Positions 42,122 through 44,938 of a DNA stretch of 44,938 nucleotides are shown in pieces; positions within the stretch are counted from its first letter, which is position 1, and every line of letters begins with the position of its first letter. A program made the translations under genes and the position numbers. The notes beneath the pieces were generated by a model. That model was not told the origin of the DNA, did no database searches, and saw nothing but the letters and a program-made list of their open reading frames with translations. This DNA is from Acidimicrobiales bacterium (GTDB taxonomy: Bacteria > Actinomycetota > Acidimicrobiia > Acidimicrobiales > CADCSY01), in contig DATMJI010000211.1 in assembly GCA_035553895.1 (NCBI GenBank), forward strand, positions 1-44,938. The letters are read 5' to 3'.

Positions 42122-44779
42122 TTGGATTCCGTCAGCTATCTGAGAATTGCCCGGGGGCGCTGGAAGATCATCGCCGCGCTGTGCCTCGTCGGCATCGTCG
42201 CCGGCTGGTTCACCACGCCCGCCCGGGTGGCGGTGACCGGCCCCGGGGCCTTCACCGCCACCCACACCCTGCGGGTGGAGGAATCCGACGACGCCCGGTC
42301 CCGGTCGGGCTCCGTCCAGAACCTCGAGGTCACCGCCCTGATGGCCACCGTGGGCGACGTACCGGAGCGGGCGGCAGCCGCCCTCGGCATCGATGAGGCC
42401 GAGCTGACGGCCATGCTCCAGACCCGAAGCGACCCCGCGGTGGGGACCGTGTCGATCCTGGCGACCGCCGCCGACCGCCAGCGGGCGGTCGACGTGGCCA
42501 ACACGGTGGCCGGTGAGCTCCTCGCCGTCCTGGGCGAGCAGGCCCAGCAGGCCTACACTGCTGAGGTCGAGGAGAAGGTGGCGTTGGTCGCCGAGCTGCA
42601 GGCCGAGCTCGATGCGCTCCCGGCCAGCACCGGCCGGGAGGATCCCCAGCGCAGCGCCGTGATCCGGCGCTTCGAGGCGGCCAGCGACGAGCTGCAGCGC
42701 CTGGAGAGCCAGGGCACCCCGACCTCCGGCTTGATCAGCCTCCAGGAGGCGACGCCCCAGCAGTCGGTGCCGGCCGGCAGCGTCGCCGACTCCCCCGCCC
42801 GCGACCAGGGCAACCGGCGCAGCGGGACCGATGGCGCCGGAGGTTCGCCGGCGGCCGGGTCCGCGGCGGCACGGCCCGAGCCCGAGGAGCCTCCCAGCCG
42901 GCCGCTGCGGATGCTCGTCGGTGGCCTCACCGGGCTCCTGCTCGGGGCCGGGCTGGCCCTGGCCCGGGAGCGCTTCGATCCCCGCATCAGGAGCCGGGAG
43001 GCAGCCGAGCAGGCGTTCGGCCTCCCCGTGCTGGCCGAGGTCCCGCCGCCCGGCCGCCGCCAACGCCGGACCGGTGCCCAGCTGGCCATGGCGGCGGAAG
43101 AGCGGACCCTGGAGGCCGAGGCCTACCGGGTGCTGCGCACGGCGCTGCTGTTCAAGGGCCTCGACGGGAGCCGCTCGCCGGGCGCAGCGGACGGCACCGC
43201 AGCGGCGCGGGGGGGCGGGAACGGCCCCGTCCCCGGGGTCATCGCCCACGCCGGCGACCTGGCGTCGGTCGCCCCCGGCCTGCCCTTGTTGAGCTCCGTG
43301 CCCGACGTGGCCGGGTGGCGATCCCCGCCAGCCACGGCGTCGGCCGTGCGCAACCCTCCGCCGCCGGTCCTCGGGGCCCATCGCCGCCTGTGGGCGTCGC
43401 TCCAGGCCTCGGGTTTCGACGGTCACGCCCGGACGCTGCTGGTCACCAGCCCGCTCTCCGGCGACGGCCGTACCACCGTGGCCGCCAACCTGGGGGCGAC
43501 CCTGGCCCGGGCCGGGCGGCGGGTGATCGTCGTCGACTGCGACCTGCGCCGGCCCCGGCTGCACGAGGTGTTCGGGATCTCGGGCACCGCCGGGCTCACG
43601 TCCATGGCCACCGGCGCCGCCAGCGTCTCCGTGGCGTGCCAGGCGGCGCCGGGTGAGGATCGCCTGTCGGTGGTGCCCGCCGGTCCGCCACCCGACGATC
43701 CTCCCGGCTTTTGGACCTCGGACCGCGCCGCCGAGGTGCTCGCCACCCTGGTGGCCCAGTCCGACATCGTCGTGCTGGACGCTCCGCCGGCCCTGGAGTT
43801 CGACGATGCGCTGGCCCTGGCCGGGCTGGCCGACGGCGCCGTGGTGGTGGTCAAGGGCAACCAGACGCCCGGGCCCGCCCTGCGCCGCACCCTGGACATG
43901 CTCGACGTCGCCGGGTCACGGCTGGTGGGGGCGGTGCTCAACGAAGCACCCCTGCGGGGCGGTGCCCCGCCGGGGCCGTCCGGCCTCGGGGCGGGCCCAG
44001 CGGCGCCGGCCCTGCCGGGCCAGCCCGTCGGCGTCATCCTGGTCACCTCGCCCGGCGCCGGGGAGGGCAAGACGACGACGGTCGCCAACCTGTCCGCCGC
44101 CTTTGCCGAGTCGGGCCGCGACACCCTGGCCATGGACCTGGACCTGCGCCGGCCGCGGCTGCACGAGTTCTTCTCGCTCCCGTTCCAGCCCGGGCTCAGC
44201 GACGTCCTGGCCTCCGGCAGCCCGAGGCTGGCCGACGTGGTCCAGGCCACCTCGATCCCCGGGCTGAGCCTGGCCCCCAGCGGGGCGGTGATCCCGGGTC
44301 CGGCGGGCCTGCTGACCCAGGCCCCGGAGCAGATCGCCGCCGCCCGCCGCGGCCGCGACGTGGTGGTGGTCGACACGCCGCCCGTGCTGGCGGCCAGCGA
44401 CGCCGGCCAGCTTCTCGCCGCCGCCGACGGGGCCGTGGTCGTCTGCCGCATGGGCGCCACCCCGGTCGACGACGCCCGGCGTACCGCCGAGCGCCTGGCC
44501 CGCTTGGGGGCACCGATCCTCGGCGTGGTGGTCATCGGCGCCCCGGTCACCACCGCCGCCCGCACCTACTACAAGAGCTACCGGAGCGCCGTCTCGGGCT
44601 CGAAGAACCACCGGGCCGGCGTCACCGCCGAATCGGGGACCGGGGCCAGGTCTCCGACACAGCCGGCGGTGGCCCCCGCCCCGAGTGCGCCCGCGGCCGC
44701 CAACGGCACCGGCGCCGCCCGGACCAAGGCCAAGGCTTCCAAGAAGCCGGCCAAGAAGCGGGCCGGTCAGCGCAATTGA
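42122..44779 (+). CDS. Wzz-type chain-length-determinant domain fused to two tandem BY-kinase (CpsD/Wzc-like) P-loop domains; C-terminal Tyr cluster and basic tail
   Basis: Best start is TTG 42122 (GGAG 9 nt upstream); the track ORF begins inside the previous gene. TM1 WKIIAALCLVGIVAGWF, a coiled region, TM2 LRMLVGGLTGLLLGAGLALA, then EAYRVLRTALLF. Domain 1: TSPLSGDGRTT / VVDCDLRRPRLH / DIVVLDAPP. Domain 2: TSPGAGEGKTT / MDLDLRRPRLH / DVVVVDTPP. Tyr cluster: TYYKSYRS. Confidence 0.8.
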   Translation: MDSVSYLRIARGRWKIIAALCLVGIVAGWFTTPARVAVTGPGAFTATHTLRVEESDDARSRSGSVQNLEVTALMATVGDVPERAAAALGIDEAELTAMLQTRSDPAVGTVSILATAADRQRAVDVANTVAGELLAVLGEQAQQAYTAEVEEKVALVAELQAELDALPASTGREDPQRSAVIRRFEAASDELQRLESQGTPTSGLISLQEATPQQSVPAGSVADSPARDQGNRRSGTDGAGGSPAAGSAAARPEPEEPPSRPLRMLVGGLTGLLLGAGLALARERFDPRIRSREAAEQAFGLPVLAEVPPPGRRQRRTGAQLAMAAEERTLEAEAYRVLRTALLFKGLDGSRSPGAADGTAAARGGGNGPVPGVIAHAGDLASVAPGLPLLSSVPDVAGWRSPPATASAVRNPPPPVLGAHRRLWASLQASGFDGHARTLLVTSPLSGDGRTTVAANLGATLARAGRRVIVVDCDLRRPRLHEVFGISGTAGLTSMATGAASVSVACQAAPGEDRLSVVPAGPPPDDPPGFWTSDRAAEVLATLVAQSDIVVLDAPPALEFDDALALAGLADGAVVVVKGNQTPGPALRRTLDMLDVAGSRLVGAVLNEAPLRGGAPPGPSGLGAGPAAPALPGQPVGVILVTSPGAGEGKTTTVANLSAAFAESGRDTLAMDLDLRRPRLHEFFSLPFQPGLSDVLASGSPRLADVVQATSIPGLSLAPSGAVIPGPAGLLTQAPEQIAAARRGRDVVVVDTPPVLAASDAGQLLAAADGAVVVCRMGATPVDDARRTAERLARLGAPILGVVVIGAPVTTAARTYYKSYRSAVSGSKNHRAGVTAESGTGARSPTQPAVAPAPSAPAAANGTGAARTKAKASKKPAKKRAGQRN

Positions 44780-44876
44780 GGCCTGGATACTCGATGTCCG
44801 GTGACGCTATGGTGCCGGCCATCGCCAGTACGGGTGCTCCCCGCTCGGCGGGGAGACTGGATGCAAGGAGTGGCAG

Positions 44877-44938
44877 GTGACGAAAGGAGCCAAGATCGCC
44901 AGCTCCGTCGCACGCGTCCGCAGCGATCTCACGCTGGG
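44877..44938 (+). CDS. Possible 5' end of a further gene (runs off the window)
   Basis: GTG at 44877, 6 nt after AAGGAG. Open to the window end (VTKGAKIASSVARVRSDLTL). Too short to assign. Confidence 0.3.
   Translation, partial: MTKGAKIASSVARVRSDLTL

Noticed and set aside
1-44938. Mobile-element or horizontal-transfer signatures for the island (transposase, integrase, flanking tRNA, terminal repeats)
   Set aside because: None was recognised. Composition is uniformly GC-rich apart from short spacers, so there is no sequence evidence here that the island is mobile.

Overview
Very GC-rich, densely coding DNA of actinobacterial style, with many GTG starts and ATGA/GTGA stop-start overlaps. The track's long mirror-strand ORFs are artefacts. 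Nt 1-5.5 kb carries a 5'-truncated tandem family-III CoA-transferase, a CPA2 cation/proton antiporter and two flavin-dependent-halogenase-like flavoproteins. Nearly everything from 6.3 to 44.8 kb is one cell-surface glycan island. It has five GT4 and one GT2 glycosyltransferases and a small PglC/WbaP-type phosphoglycosyl transferase. Its export and assembly parts are a Wzy-like polytopic membrane protein, a Wzm/Wzt ABC exporter (Wzt has a C-terminal extension) and a Wzz/BY-kinase with two tandem kinase domains. The tailoring genes are a NodB-type deacetylase, a GNAT, a SAM methyltransferase and an ATP-grasp + HAD pair. There is also an acyl-CoA-dehydrogenase / NRPS-type adenylation / carrier-protein trio, with two alpha/beta hydrolases close by. 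The standout feature is eight sulfotransferase genes of three sequence classes. Four are heparan-sulfate-type, two are TPST/Stf0-like and sit as a convergent inverted pair, and two belong to a third class. Secreted or surface proteins are interspersed: an SBBP beta-propeller protein with two Calx-beta modules, a Tat-signal G8/beta-helix protein, an LAxTG-anchored Thr-rich tandem-repeat protein, a lipoprotein, and two paralogous small secreted proteins. My main hypothesis is a heavily sulfated, acyl- or aminoacyl-decorated (glycosaminoglycan-like) exopolysaccharide system. No rRNA, tRNA, CRISPR array, transposase or integrase was recognised. All functional calls come from motifs read by eye in the translations. 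No database search was run.
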